Below, piece after piece: positions 44,664 to 53,426 of a stretch of DNA of 63,792 bases. The position numbers and the translations under genes were made by a program. The notes under the pieces are model-generated. The model made no database searches. It was not told the DNA's origin and worked only from the letters and a program-made list of their open reading frames with translations. The stretch lies in assembly GCA_025963875.1 (NCBI GenBank), contig JAOPZY010000033.1, positions 1 through 63,792 of the forward strand, given 5' to 3'. Within the stretch, counting starts at the first letter, position 1. Each line of letters begins with the position of its first letter. The stretch comes from Actinomycetota bacterium. Lineage in GTDB: Bacteria > Actinomycetota > CADDZG01 > JAHWKV01 > JAOPZY01.

Positions 44664-46007
44664 CTAGGTGGACTTCCCGGCTTGCGCCAGCCGGGCGAGG
44701 CCGTTCTGGGCGGCCAGGGAGATGGGCTCGTTCAGGGCTCCGATCGGCGGCGAGTACACGTTCTCCATCACCGCGAGGTCCCGCATCGTGATGCCCTTCT
44801 TCGAACAGACGGCAAGGAAGTCGGCACGTTCCTTGATGCCCTCCCCGCCGACGAGCTGGGCGCCGATGATGCGGAGGGTCTTCGGCTCCGCGAGCAGCTT
44901 GACGAGGATCTTCTGCATGCCCGGGTAGTAGCGGGCGCGGGAGATGCCCTGGGCCATGCCAAGGTGGTAGGGCATCCCGAGCGCCCCCGCGGTGGTCTCA
45001 CCGAACGAGACACCACCGATCATCCACTTGCCCGCCACCATGCCCCACGGGACGAAGACGGGATCGTAGGTGCGCTGGCCGTTGGCGGCGTTGGTGCCGG
45101 CGGTCTTGCCCTGCGCGTAGGCATGGCTGCCGGAGAGGCCCTGCAGCGGCAGCATCGTGAAGCCCTGCGGGACCTCGACGCAGTCCCCCGCAGCGAACAC
45201 CCCGCCGCCCGACGTTGCCATCCGTTCGTCGACGACGATGCCGCCGGTGGAGCCGATCTCGAGGCCGGCCTCCCGCGCCAGGTGGTTGTTCGGCTGCTTG
45301 TGGGTGCAGACCACGACCACGTCGGCGGGGATCTCGCCCTCGCTAGTCCGGACCCCCCGCACCTCCTTGTCACCCAGGAACGCCTCGAGCTTGGCGTTGA
45401 AGTGCATCTGGACGCCCATCTCGGCCCACGAGTCCTGCACCGGCTTCATGATGTCGGGGTCGGCCACCTCCGACAGCGCCCACGGGTGGGCGTCGACGAG
45501 ATGGGTCTCCAGCCCCCGATGGGCGAGGGCCGTGGTCATCTCGAGCCCGAGGGGCGAGGCCTCGACGACCACGGCGGTCTTGGCCTTGTCGAGGATGGGG
45601 TCCCACTCCATGGCGCGGCGGATGTTCTTCACGTAGTGCAGACCCTCGAGGTCCGATCCGGGGACGCCCGGATCCGCGTAGTTGAAGCCCGTGGCGACAA
45701 CGAGGCGGTCGTACGGGACGCGCTCACCGCTCGCCAGGACAACGGCATGGCCCGCCGCGTCGACGCTTGCCACCGTGGTCTCGTAGTGGATGTCGAAGCC
45801 GGCGTTCTCGTAGAACTCCTTGCCCTGCAGGATCAGTCCCTGGAACGTCTCGATCTCGCGGCCGTGGACGTAGGGGATACCGCAGGGGCTGTAGCCGACA
45901 TCCTCGAACTCGGTGAACACGGTGATCCGGGCGTCCGGGTCTGCCTGCTTCGCCGCCCCCGCCGCGCCGATCCCAGCAGCTCCGCCCCCCACGACGACGA
46001 TCCGCAG
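44664..46007 (-). CDS. FAD-dependent pyridine-nucleotide-disulfide-type oxidoreductase, MSMEG_0569 type; start unresolved
   Basis: RIVVVGGGAAGIGAAG dinucleotide fold, second GxGxxG region, C-terminal dimerisation domain. The first canonical start (GTG 45992) would delete beta-1; upstream options are CTG 46007, ACG 46013 and ATC 46001, after GGGAGAGGAGA. Confidence 0.8.
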   Translation of the reverse strand: MRIVVVGGGAAGIGAAGAAKQADPDARITVFTEFEDVGYSPCGIPYVHGREIETFQGLILQGKEFYENAGFDIHYETTVASVDAAGHAVVLASGERVPYDRLVVATGFNYADPGVPGSDLEGLHYVKNIRRAMEWDPILDKAKTAVVVEASPLGLEMTTALAHRGLETHLVDAHPWALSEVADPDIMKPVQDSWAEMGVQMHFNAKLEAFLGDKEVRGVRTSEGEIPADVVVVCTHKQPNNHLAREAGLEIGSTGGIVVDERMATSGGGVFAAGDCVEVPQGFTMLPLQGLSGSHAYAQGKTAGTNAANGQRTYDPVFVPWGMVAGKWMIGGVSFGETTAGALGMPYHLGMAQGISRARYYPGMQKILVKLLAEPKTLRIIGAQLVGGEGIKERADFLAVCSKKGITMRDLAVMENVYSPPIGALNEPISLAAQNGLARLAQAGKST

Positions 46008-46033
46008 AGCCGTGGCCGGTCTCCTCTCCCTCT

Positions 46034-46051
46034 GGGGTCCTCGGGGACCCC
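46034..46051. promoter_or_regulatory. 18-bp palindrome in the divergent control region (candidate operator)
   Basis: GGGGTCCTCGGGGACCCC, 8 of 9 pairs complementary. Lies between the oxidoreductase operon and the XRE-cupin regulator gene. Confidence 0.4.
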
Positions 46052-46099
46052 TGTCCGAGATGTTTCTCTCGTCGCTACAGGGGTCTCTGGAGATGTAAC

Positions 46100-46750
46100 A
46101 TGCAATTTACTATGATGAAGATCGTATCTACCGCAGGCAACTCTACCCGCGGCGGCAGCCCACTTCAAGCCGCGGCGCTGCAGGGGGCGACCACGGAAGA
46201 CGTCATTGCTTCGATCGGCCCGAAGGTCCGCCAGCTCCGGCGGCAGAAGAACCTTTCCCTCCAGCAACTGGCCGAGCGTGCGGGCCTGTCGGCGGCGGCC
46301 ATCCACAAGATCGAGCACAACGGGATGGTCCCCACGATCACGACCCTGATGAAGCTCTCCGCCGCCCTGAACCGGTCCGTCGCCTACTTCGTCGACGAGG
46401 AGCAGGCCGAGCCCGCGGTCCTCGTTCGCTCCGACGAGCGCAAGCAGGTCTTCACCTCCAAGGACGGCCTCGAGCTGGCCGGCATCAGCGGCCCCTACGG
46501 CCACTTCTTCATGGCCGGGGCCGTCGCCACCATGGAGGCGGGGGCCGACTCCGGGCCCAAGCGGATGGAACATCCGGGCGAGGAGCTGATCTTCCTGCTG
46601 GACGGCACGATGAGCTTCGAGGTCGAGGGAGAGGAGTACACGCTGCGCCGCGGCGACGCCCTGCACTTCCGCACCGACCGGCCCCACCGGTGGGGGAACC
46701 CGTCCGCTCGGCCCGCTCGCGCCATCTGGATGGCGCTGCGCTCGACGTAG
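46100..46750 (+). CDS. XRE-family HTH transcriptional regulator with C-terminal cupin domain
   Basis: IGPKVRQLRRQKNLSLQQLAERAGLSAAAIHKIEHN HTH, then a cupin (HPGEELIFLLDGTMSFEV...GDALHF). Confidence 0.85.
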   Translation: MQFTMMKIVSTAGNSTRGGSPLQAAALQGATTEDVIASIGPKVRQLRRQKNLSLQQLAERAGLSAAAIHKIEHNGMVPTITTLMKLSAALNRSVAYFVDEEQAEPAVLVRSDERKQVFTSKDGLELAGISGPYGHFFMAGAVATMEAGADSGPKRMEHPGEELIFLLDGTMSFEVEGEEYTLRRGDALHFRTDRPHRWGNPSARPARAIWMALRST

Positions 46751-46765
46751 AAGGGGCCAGCGTCC

Positions 46766-47746
46766 ATGGCTCGCCCCCGCATCGCCGTGGTGGCCGTCGG
46801 CGGCAACGCGCTCACGCGCGAGGGTGAGGCCGGCACGTACGCCCAGCAGTGGCGCAACGCGACCAAGGTGGCCGGAGCCATCTGCCGGCTGGTCGAGGCC
46901 GGCTACCGGCCGGTGCTCATCCACGGCAACGGCCCCCAGGTCGGCAACCTCTCGATCCAGCAGGAGGAGGGCAGCCGGCTCGTGCCGGCCCAGCCGCTCG
47001 CCGAGCTGGTTGCGATGACCCAGGGTGCGATCGGCCACCTGCTCTCGCTCGCGCTCCACCACGCCTCCACCGGCACGCTCGGGGTCGTCGACATCGTCAC
47101 CCACGTCGAGGTCAAATCCTCCGACCCGGCCTTCCGCAATCCCACCAAACCGATCGGGCCGTTCCTCGCCGAGGACGTCGCCGGCAAGCTGGCGGCCGAG
47201 CGGGACTGGGTGGTCCGGGAGGACGCCGGCCGTGGCTTCCGGCGGGTCGTCGCCTCCCCGGAACCGAAGGCCATCCTGGAGGCCGCCGCCATCAAGGAGC
47301 TCGCGAGCAAGGGCTTCCTCGTGATCGCCGGAGGCGGCGGCGGCATCCCCGTCGTGCGCCGGGGGCGGAGCGTCTCCGGGGTGGACGCGGTGATCGACAA
47401 GGACCTCACCGCCGCCCGCCTCGCCACCTCGGTCGGCGCCGACACCCTCGTGTTCCTCACCGGCGCCAGCAACGTCTTCCTCGACTGGGGGACACCGCGC
47501 CAGCGTGCCGTCGCCGAGATGACCGCCGCCGAGGCCGAAGCCCACATCGCCGACGGCCAGTTCGCCGCCGGCAGCATGGGACCGAAGATCATCGCCGCGG
47601 TGCGCTTCCTCGCCGACGGAGGCCAGCAGTGCCTCATCACCTCCTCGCGCCATCTCGCCGCCGCCCTGGCCGGCAGCCACGGCACCCGGATCGTGCCCAC
47701 TGCGGGCCGGATGCCGGCCTCCCGGCGAAGCGCCGCCGCCCAGTGA
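46766..47746 (+). CDS. arcC: Carbamate kinase
   Basis: IAVVAVGGNAL, HGNGPQVG, GGGGGIPV, VIDKDL motifs. Confidence 0.9.
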   Translation: MARPRIAVVAVGGNALTREGEAGTYAQQWRNATKVAGAICRLVEAGYRPVLIHGNGPQVGNLSIQQEEGSRLVPAQPLAELVAMTQGAIGHLLSLALHHASTGTLGVVDIVTHVEVKSSDPAFRNPTKPIGPFLAEDVAGKLAAERDWVVREDAGRGFRRVVASPEPKAILEAAAIKELASKGFLVIAGGGGGIPVVRRGRSVSGVDAVIDKDLTAARLATSVGADTLVFLTGASNVFLDWGTPRQRAVAEMTAAEAEAHIADGQFAAGSMGPKIIAAVRFLADGGQQCLITSSRHLAAALAGSHGTRIVPTAGRMPASRRSAAAQ

Positions 47747-49290
47747 CCGAGGCGGCAACCAGGGTCCACGCCGACACCTACATCGATTCGGTGCAGCTCA
47801 TGGCGGCTACCCGGGCCATGTCCGGTGCGCCGGGCGTCGAGTATGCGGCGGCCGTGATGGCGACACCCGCCAACCGCGACGACCTTGCCGCCGGCGGGTT
47901 CGATGTGCCCGCAGCCGGGGCCAACGACCTCGTCCTGGCGGTGCGGGCAGGCTCCGCGGCCGACGCGGAGGCCGGACTCGACGCCGGCGACGAAACGCTG
48001 GCCTCGGCGGCAGCCTCGGCGGAGCCCGGAGGCGCCGAGCCGGGAGAGAGCCCAAGGACCCTGGAGGACGCCGTCGCCGCCCTGCCGGACGCCAACGTCG
48101 CCATCGTCTCGGTCCCCGGTCCCTTCGCCGCCCTCGAGGCCCACAAGGCCCTGTCGCAGGGGCTGCACGTCCTGCTGTTCAGCGACAACGTTCCGGTCGG
48201 CGACGAGGTGGCGCTGAAGGAGCGGGGCGCGTCGCTCGGCCTGCTGGTCATGGGGCCCGGCGCAGGCACCGCCATGCTCGGCGGCACCGGGCTCGGCTTC
48301 GCCAACGCGGTGCGGGCGGGCCGGGTCGGCGTGGTCGCGGCAGCCGGCACGGGGGCCCAGGAGGTCATGTGCCTCCTCGACCGCTGGGGCGAGGGCGTCA
48401 GCCAGGCCATCGGCGTCGGAGGGCGCGACCTGTCGTCGGCCGTCGGCGGGACGATGGCCGGCCTCGGGCTGCGGGCTCTCGCCGAGGACCCCGCCACCGA
48501 GGCCATCCTGCTGGTGTCGAAGCCGCCCTCCGCCGACGTGGCGGCCCGCCTGTTGCAGTCGGCGCACGGCAAGCCGCTGGTCGCCGCCCTCGTCGGCCTG
48601 GCAGCGCCGGTCGAGGCCGCCGCGGGCGTCCTGATCACGGACACGCTGGAGGAGGGGGTGCTCCTGACGCTGGAAGGCCTGGGGGCGACGCCACCCGATC
48701 CGGGTGCCGGCCTCGCCTCGCTCGTCTCCTCGGCGCTGGCCGGCCTGGACCCGGCGCGCCGCAGCCTGCTTGGTCTGTTCTCAGGTGGGACGCTCTGCTA
48801 CGAGTCCATGGTGGTGATGAGCCGGTATCTCGGTGCTATCCACTCGAACACCCCGCTCAACTATTCTTGGGGAATTCCGGCACCCGCAGGCGCCCATGTC
48901 TGCCTGGACCTCGGCGAGGAGGAGTACACCCGTGGACGGCCCCACCCCATGATCGACCCCGGCGACCGTGCGGAGCGCATCGCCGCCGCGCCCGGGGACG
49001 GCAGCGTCGGCGTCGTGCTGATCGACGTCGTGCTCGGCTACGGGGGGCACGCCGACCCGGCCTCCGTGCTTGCGCCCGCCTGCCGGTCGGTCACGGCCCA
49101 GCCCGGCGGCCCCAGGGTGGTCGCCTACGTCCTGGGGACCGAAGCCGACCCGCAGGTCCGGTCGAAGCAGTGCGCGGCGCTGGAGGAGGCGGGCTGCCTC
49201 CTCGCCCCGACCGCCACCCGGGCGGCACTCCTGGCCGCCGCCATCGCCGCTCGCAACCCTTCGATTGCAGAGGACGGGCGTGCCGGATGA
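47743..49290 (+). CDS. fdrA: FdrA-family protein (succinyl-CoA-synthetase-alpha-like)
   Basis: GTG 47743 overlaps the arcC TGA (GTGA). VSVPGPFAALEAHKAL, GPGAGTAMLGG, GTGAQEV, SGGTLCYES blocks typical of FdrA. Confidence 0.8.
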   Translation: MTEAATRVHADTYIDSVQLMAATRAMSGAPGVEYAAAVMATPANRDDLAAGGFDVPAAGANDLVLAVRAGSAADAEAGLDAGDETLASAAASAEPGGAEPGESPRTLEDAVAALPDANVAIVSVPGPFAALEAHKALSQGLHVLLFSDNVPVGDEVALKERGASLGLLVMGPGAGTAMLGGTGLGFANAVRAGRVGVVAAAGTGAQEVMCLLDRWGEGVSQAIGVGGRDLSSAVGGTMAGLGLRALAEDPATEAILLVSKPPSADVAARLLQSAHGKPLVAALVGLAAPVEAAAGVLITDTLEEGVLLTLEGLGATPPDPGAGLASLVSSALAGLDPARRSLLGLFSGGTLCYESMVVMSRYLGAIHSNTPLNYSWGIPAPAGAHVCLDLGEEEYTRGRPHPMIDPGDRAERIAAAPGDGSVGVVLIDVVLGYGGHADPASVLAPACRSVTAQPGGPRVVAYVLGTEADPQVRSKQCAALEEAGCLLAPTATRAALLAAAIAARNPSIAEDGRAG

Positions 49291-50552
49291 GGAGCCTGCC
49301 CCGCATCGCCCTCGTCACCTATTCGACCCGCCCCCGCGGGGGGCCGGTCCACACCGTCGAGCTTGCCGAGGCGTTGCAGGCCCTGGACTGTCCCGTCCAT
49401 GTCTTCGCGATCGGCGACCCAGGCGCCGGATTCTTCCGGGCCCTGGCGGCGCCCCACACGATCTTCCCGGGACCCGCGTCCGCAGGCACGCTCGAGGAGC
49501 GGGTCTTCGCCTCGGTGGACGCCCTGGCCGCCGGCCTCGCCGCGGCAGTGCCGGGGCGGTTCGACGTCGTCCATGTCCAGGACTGCATCGCCTCCACGGC
49601 TGCCATGGCCCTTCGGGAGGCCAATCCCTGCCTCCCGCTCGTGCGCACGGTCCACCACCTGGACGACTTCACCACGTCGGCACTCGTCAACTGCCAGCAC
49701 CGCTCGGTCCTCGAGCCCGACCACCTTCTCGTGGTCAGCGAGTTCTGGCGCCGCGCGCTGCGGGACGGCTACGGCGTCGAGGCGACCGTCGTGACCAACG
49801 GCGTCGACGCCGGTCGTTTTGCGGCTCGGAACGGTGCCACGGCCCAGCGCTCGGTGCTGCGGGACCGGGCGGGGGCGGACGGGCGGTTCCTCTTCCTGAC
49901 CGTCGGCGGCATCGAGCCCCGCAAGGGGAGCCTGCACCTCATGGAGGCGCTGGCGGCGCTCAAGGGTGAGCTGGATCCCCCCCCGATGCTCGCGGTGGTG
50001 GGGGGCCACTCGTTCCAGGACCACGCCGCCTACCGAGAGGGGGCGCTCGCCCGGGCATCGGACCTGGGCCTCACGGAGCGCGACGTCGTCATCCTCGGCA
50101 CGGTGCCGGACGCCGAGATGCCCGGCTGGTACCAGGCCGCCGACACCTTCGTCTTCCCCTCCGTCAAGGAGGGCTTCGGCCTCGTGGTCCTGGAGGCGAT
50201 GGCGGCGGGCCTCCCCGTGGTCGCGAGCGACATCCCCGTGTTCCGGGAGTTCCTGGGTGGCGGCAAGGCGCTGCTGGCCCGCGCGGGGAGCTCCGCATCC
50301 CTGGCGAGCGCCATGCGCCGCGCCGTCACCGACCGGGCCGAACGGGCACGCCTGGCCGCTGGCGGCCCCGCGGTGGCGGCCCACTTCAGCTGGGAGCGGA
50401 CGGCTCGCCAGCACCTCGATTTCTACGAACGGGTGCTCAGCGAAGCCGAGGACGCCGCCACGTTCGAGGCGGGCCAGGCCGGAGGTCTGGGGGCGGGCTC
50501 GGCCCAGTTTCCGTCAAAAAGCGTGGTGAGCGCCCTTTTTGACGGAAACTAA
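49287..50552 (+). CDS. GT4 glycosyltransferase, MSMEG_0565 type
   Basis: ATGA overlap with fdrA. RIALVTYSTRPRGGPVH, EGFGLVVLEAMAAGLPVV (EX7E). The last ~15 codons run into the hairpin repeat. Confidence 0.8.
   Translation: MRSLPRIALVTYSTRPRGGPVHTVELAEALQALDCPVHVFAIGDPGAGFFRALAAPHTIFPGPASAGTLEERVFASVDALAAGLAAAVPGRFDVVHVQDCIASTAAMALREANPCLPLVRTVHHLDDFTTSALVNCQHRSVLEPDHLLVVSEFWRRALRDGYGVEATVVTNGVDAGRFAARNGATAQRSVLRDRAGADGRFLFLTVGGIEPRKGSLHLMEALAALKGELDPPPMLAVVGGHSFQDHAAYREGALARASDLGLTERDVVILGTVPDAEMPGWYQAADTFVFPSVKEGFGLVVLEAMAAGLPVVASDIPVFREFLGGGKALLARAGSSASLASAMRRAVTDRAERARLAAGGPAVAAHFSWERTARQHLDFYERVLSEAEDAATFEAGQAGGLGAGSAQFPSKSVVSALFDGN
50506..50550. repeat. Hairpin repeat, family B, second copy with identical arms
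   Basis: AGTTTCCGTCAAAAAG-cgtggtgagcgcc-CTTTTTGACGGAAACT. Confidence 0.9.
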
Positions 50553-50557
50553 GGGCC

Positions 50558-50601
50558 AGTTTGCGCCACAACCGTCATATCCGCGGTATTTGGCACAAAC
50601 T
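50558..50601. repeat. Hairpin repeat, family B, degenerate neighbour
   Basis: AGTTTGCGCCACA...TTTGGCACAAACT (11/13 bp), 17-nt loop containing CCGCGG. TAAGGGCC occurs on both sides (50550, 50610). Confidence 0.7.
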
Positions 50602-50635
50602 ACCCCCGCTAAGGGCCCGCTTGGAAGGCAACCTC

Positions 50636-50791
50636 CTGGTGGCCGCCGAACTTAGGAGCACAGCGCGCGTATGTGCGCGAAAGGCGACTAACGTCCGCTC
50701 GGCCCGACGGTTTCCCCCGCGCCGGGCCCAAGCCTGGCTGGTGGCCGCCGAACTTAGGAGCACAGCGCGCGTATGTGCGCGAAAGGCGACT
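50636..50791. repeat. Two identical 54-bp family A units in tandem (period 102 bp)
   Basis: CTGGTGGCCGCCGAACTTAGGAGCACAGCGCGCGTATGTGCGCGAAAGGCGACT at 50636-50689 and 50738-50791. Confidence 0.9.
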
Positions 50792-50820
50792 GACCTGGCA
50801 TTGGAAGGAACGTTTTGGCG

Positions 50821-51573
50821 TCAGCCGGAGCCCACCGACGCCTCCGGGGGTGGCACGGCCCGGGGGGCCGTCCATTGGGAGTCGTCCCGCTCCGACAGCT
50901 GGCCGTCGTGCATCGCCAGGCGGCGGTGCGCCCACCCGGCGACGTTGTCGGCGTGGGTCACCAGGATGACCGTCACCCCGTGCTCGGCGGCGAGGCTGCG
51001 GAGGATCGTGCCGATCTCCTCGGAGGAGCGGCTGTCGAGGTTGCCGGTGGGCTCGTCCGCCAGGATGACCCGCGGCTTGTTGGCCATGGCGCGGGCTATC
51101 GCCACCCGCTGCTGCTCACCTCCCGACAGCAGCGACGGGAGGTGCCGGGTGCGCTCCGACAGCCCCACCTGGTCGAGCAGCTCGGCCGCCCGCTGGCGCC
51201 GCTGCGCCTTGCCCTCCTTGAGCGGCACCATGGCGATCTCGACGTTCTCGGAGGCCGTCAGCGTCGGGATCAGGTTGAAGGCCTGGAAGACGAAGCCGAT
51301 GTCCCTGGCCCGGATCGAGGTCAGTTCCCCATCCTCGAGCTTGGAGAGGTCGCGGCCGTCGAAGACGACGCTGCCCCGGCTCGGCTTGTCGAGGGCGCCG
51401 AGCAGCTGCAGCATCGTGGACTTGCCGGACCCGCTCGGTCCCTCGATGGCCACGAGCTCGCCGGGATACAGCTCCAGGTCGACGTTGTCCACGGCCCGGA
51501 CCTCGGCCGACCCGACCCGGAAGTAGCGGTCCACTGCCTTGAGCCGGTAGAGCGGCTCGGTGGTTGTCTCCAT
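50821..51573 (-). CDS. ABC transporter ATP-binding protein (MacB/LolD/FtsE-like)
   Basis: ATG 51573 after AAGGAG. GPSGSGKST, LSGGEQQRVAIARA, ILADEPTGNLD. Confidence 0.9.
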   Translation of the reverse strand: METTTEPLYRLKAVDRYFRVGSAEVRAVDNVDLELYPGELVAIEGPSGSGKSTMLQLLGALDKPSRGSVVFDGRDLSKLEDGELTSIRARDIGFVFQAFNLIPTLTASENVEIAMVPLKEGKAQRRQRAAELLDQVGLSERTRHLPSLLSGGEQQRVAIARAMANKPRVILADEPTGNLDSRSSEEIGTILRSLAAEHGVTVILVTHADNVAGWAHRRLAMHDGQLSERDDSQWTAPRAVPPPEASVGSG

Positions 51574-51608
51574 GGATGTTCGTGCTCCTTTCAGGTTTAG
51601 GCGAGGTC

Positions 51609-53426
51609 TTAAGCGAGGTTCCGGAGCGCCTCGGAGGGCGAGAGGCGGGCTGCCCGGGCGGCGCCGACGCCGCCGGCGATGAGGCCCCCGAGCACCGCCA
51701 GGGCGACGCCCACGATGAGCGTCAACGGGTGGATCGGTGCCGTCAGGTGGATCGTCGACGTGGTGGTGACCGCCTGGGTCGACTGGCCGAAGAGACCGGC
51801 GAGGCTCGAGCCCTGGAACGTGGACACGCCCACGGTGTTGGCGGACAGCGTCGGCGAGAAGGCGGTCACGGCGGCGCTGGCGCCGAAGCCGAGCGCGATC
51901 CCGAGCGCCCCGGCCACGAGGCCGATGCCGACGGTCTCGGCCACGATCTGGCGCACCACCCGGCCCCGGGACCACCCGATCGCCCGCAGGGTGCCGATCT
52001 CACGGACCCGCTTGCCGACCGAGGACAGCGTCAGCAGCATGGCGATCACGAAGGCCGCCGCCACCACGATGACCCCGAGCGCACCGCCGAGGGAGTCCGC
52101 CAGCTTCTTCACATCCTTGAGGGAGCCGGTCACCTGGTTGGCGAGCGACTGGGTGGTGATGACGGTGGCGCCGGGCAGCTCGGTCTGGATGCGCTTGGCC
52201 ACCGCGTCGACCTGGCTGGCGTCCTTCACCTTCACGAGGATCTGGGTGATCCGGCCGGACTTCCCGGCGAGGGTCTGGATCGTGGAGAGCGGGAAGTAGA
52301 CGTCGGCGATGGTGCCGGTGAGCGTGGGCTTCACGAGCCCGACCACGGTGTAGCTGGTGCCGTTGATGGGGAGCTGGGAGCCGACGTTATACGAGTGCTG
52401 GCTGGCGTAGGACTGGTTGAGGAGGACCTCGTTGCCGGCACCGTTCCCGATCCAGCGCCCAGCGACGAGCTGGGACGTCGTGACGAGGCCCGAGGTCGGG
52501 CTGCCCGGGTCGATGCCCGCGGCGGTGTAGCTGGTGGTGCTGATGTCGGTGGACGGCGGGTTGACCGCCTGGTTGATGGACCGGCGGGCGGTCGTGATCG
52601 AGGCCGTGTACTGCTGGAAGCGGACCGGCAGGCAGGCCTGGAACGCCCCGCCGCCTCTCCCGATGCGAAGACCCGTGTCGGGAGCTCCGGATGGGGCAGG
52701 AGCAGGGGCGCCTCCCACCTTGGGCGTCACCGTGGCGGTTGCCTGGCCCCGATCGCCGATGCGGACACCGGAGCTCTGGAGGCAGGTCTGGACCGCCGTT
52801 TGTTCGGCGTCGGTCAGGGGGGCCGGCGTGGCCGTGGTGGTCAAGGTCTCGCCGCCGATGACGAACGTGGCGGTCTGGGTCGGCACGGTACCGGTCTGGT
52901 GCTCGACGAGCTGGGTGAGCCCTGCCGTCGCCGAGGCGACCCCCGGGACCGTCACCGTCGCGGTGAGGGCGTCGGCGGGGAAGCTCAGCAGCGTCGAGGA
53001 GAGGAAGAAGTCGTGGGTGAACTTGGTGCCCGCCGGCCCGAGCTTCGAGAGGTCGGTCGTGACGTTGCTGTTCTCGGCGAGCAGCGCATTCGCGTCACTG
53101 GCGTTCGCGCCGTTGACGCTGACCGCCGCGCCGCCGCCCCCGCCGCCATTGGGGCCATTGGCGCCATTGGCGAAGAAGCCGCCGCCACCGTTGTTCTGGG
53201 TGTTGTTGTTGCCGGTTGCCGTCGATGTGGCCACCCGGGTGACGAGGATGTCGGTCCCGATCGACGAAAGTGGCTGGAGGACCGCGGTCTGCGCCTCGCT
53301 CAGGCCCTGGGAGAGGCCGATGATGCCCAGGACGAGGCCCACGCCGACGGCCAGGCCGAGAGCGGTGACGAGGGTGCGGCCCCATCGGCGGCGGAGTTCC
53401 TGGAGCAGGTACCCTCGTTGAAACAT
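51609..53426 (-). CDS. FtsX/MacB-type ABC permease with very large extracytoplasmic domain
   Basis: TM1 at the N-terminus, about 400-aa T/G/N-rich exodomain, then a C-terminal FtsX 3-TM bundle (LRAIGWSRGRV). Confidence 0.85.
   Translation of the reverse strand: MFQRGYLLQELRRRWGRTLVTALGLAVGVGLVLGIIGLSQGLSEAQTAVLQPLSSIGTDILVTRVATSTATGNNNTQNNGGGGFFANGANGPNGGGGGGAAVSVNGANASDANALLAENSNVTTDLSKLGPAGTKFTHDFFLSSTLLSFPADALTATVTVPGVASATAGLTQLVEHQTGTVPTQTATFVIGGETLTTTATPAPLTDAEQTAVQTCLQSSGVRIGDRGQATATVTPKVGGAPAPAPSGAPDTGLRIGRGGGAFQACLPVRFQQYTASITTARRSINQAVNPPSTDISTTSYTAAGIDPGSPTSGLVTTSQLVAGRWIGNGAGNEVLLNQSYASQHSYNVGSQLPINGTSYTVVGLVKPTLTGTIADVYFPLSTIQTLAGKSGRITQILVKVKDASQVDAVAKRIQTELPGATVITTQSLANQVTGSLKDVKKLADSLGGALGVIVVAAAFVIAMLLTLSSVGKRVREIGTLRAIGWSRGRVVRQIVAETVGIGLVAGALGIALGFGASAAVTAFSPTLSANTVGVSTFQGSSLAGLFGQSTQAVTTTSTIHLTAPIHPLTLIVGVALAVLGGLIAGGVGAARAARLSPSEALRNLA

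Noticed and set aside
50636-50791. Two identical 54-bp repeats separated by 48 bp, which could look like a minimal CRISPR array.
   Set aside because: There are only two units. The repeat is too long for a CRISPR repeat and belongs to a palindromic family with solitary copies at 21.1 and 39.8 kb. There are no cas genes in the window.
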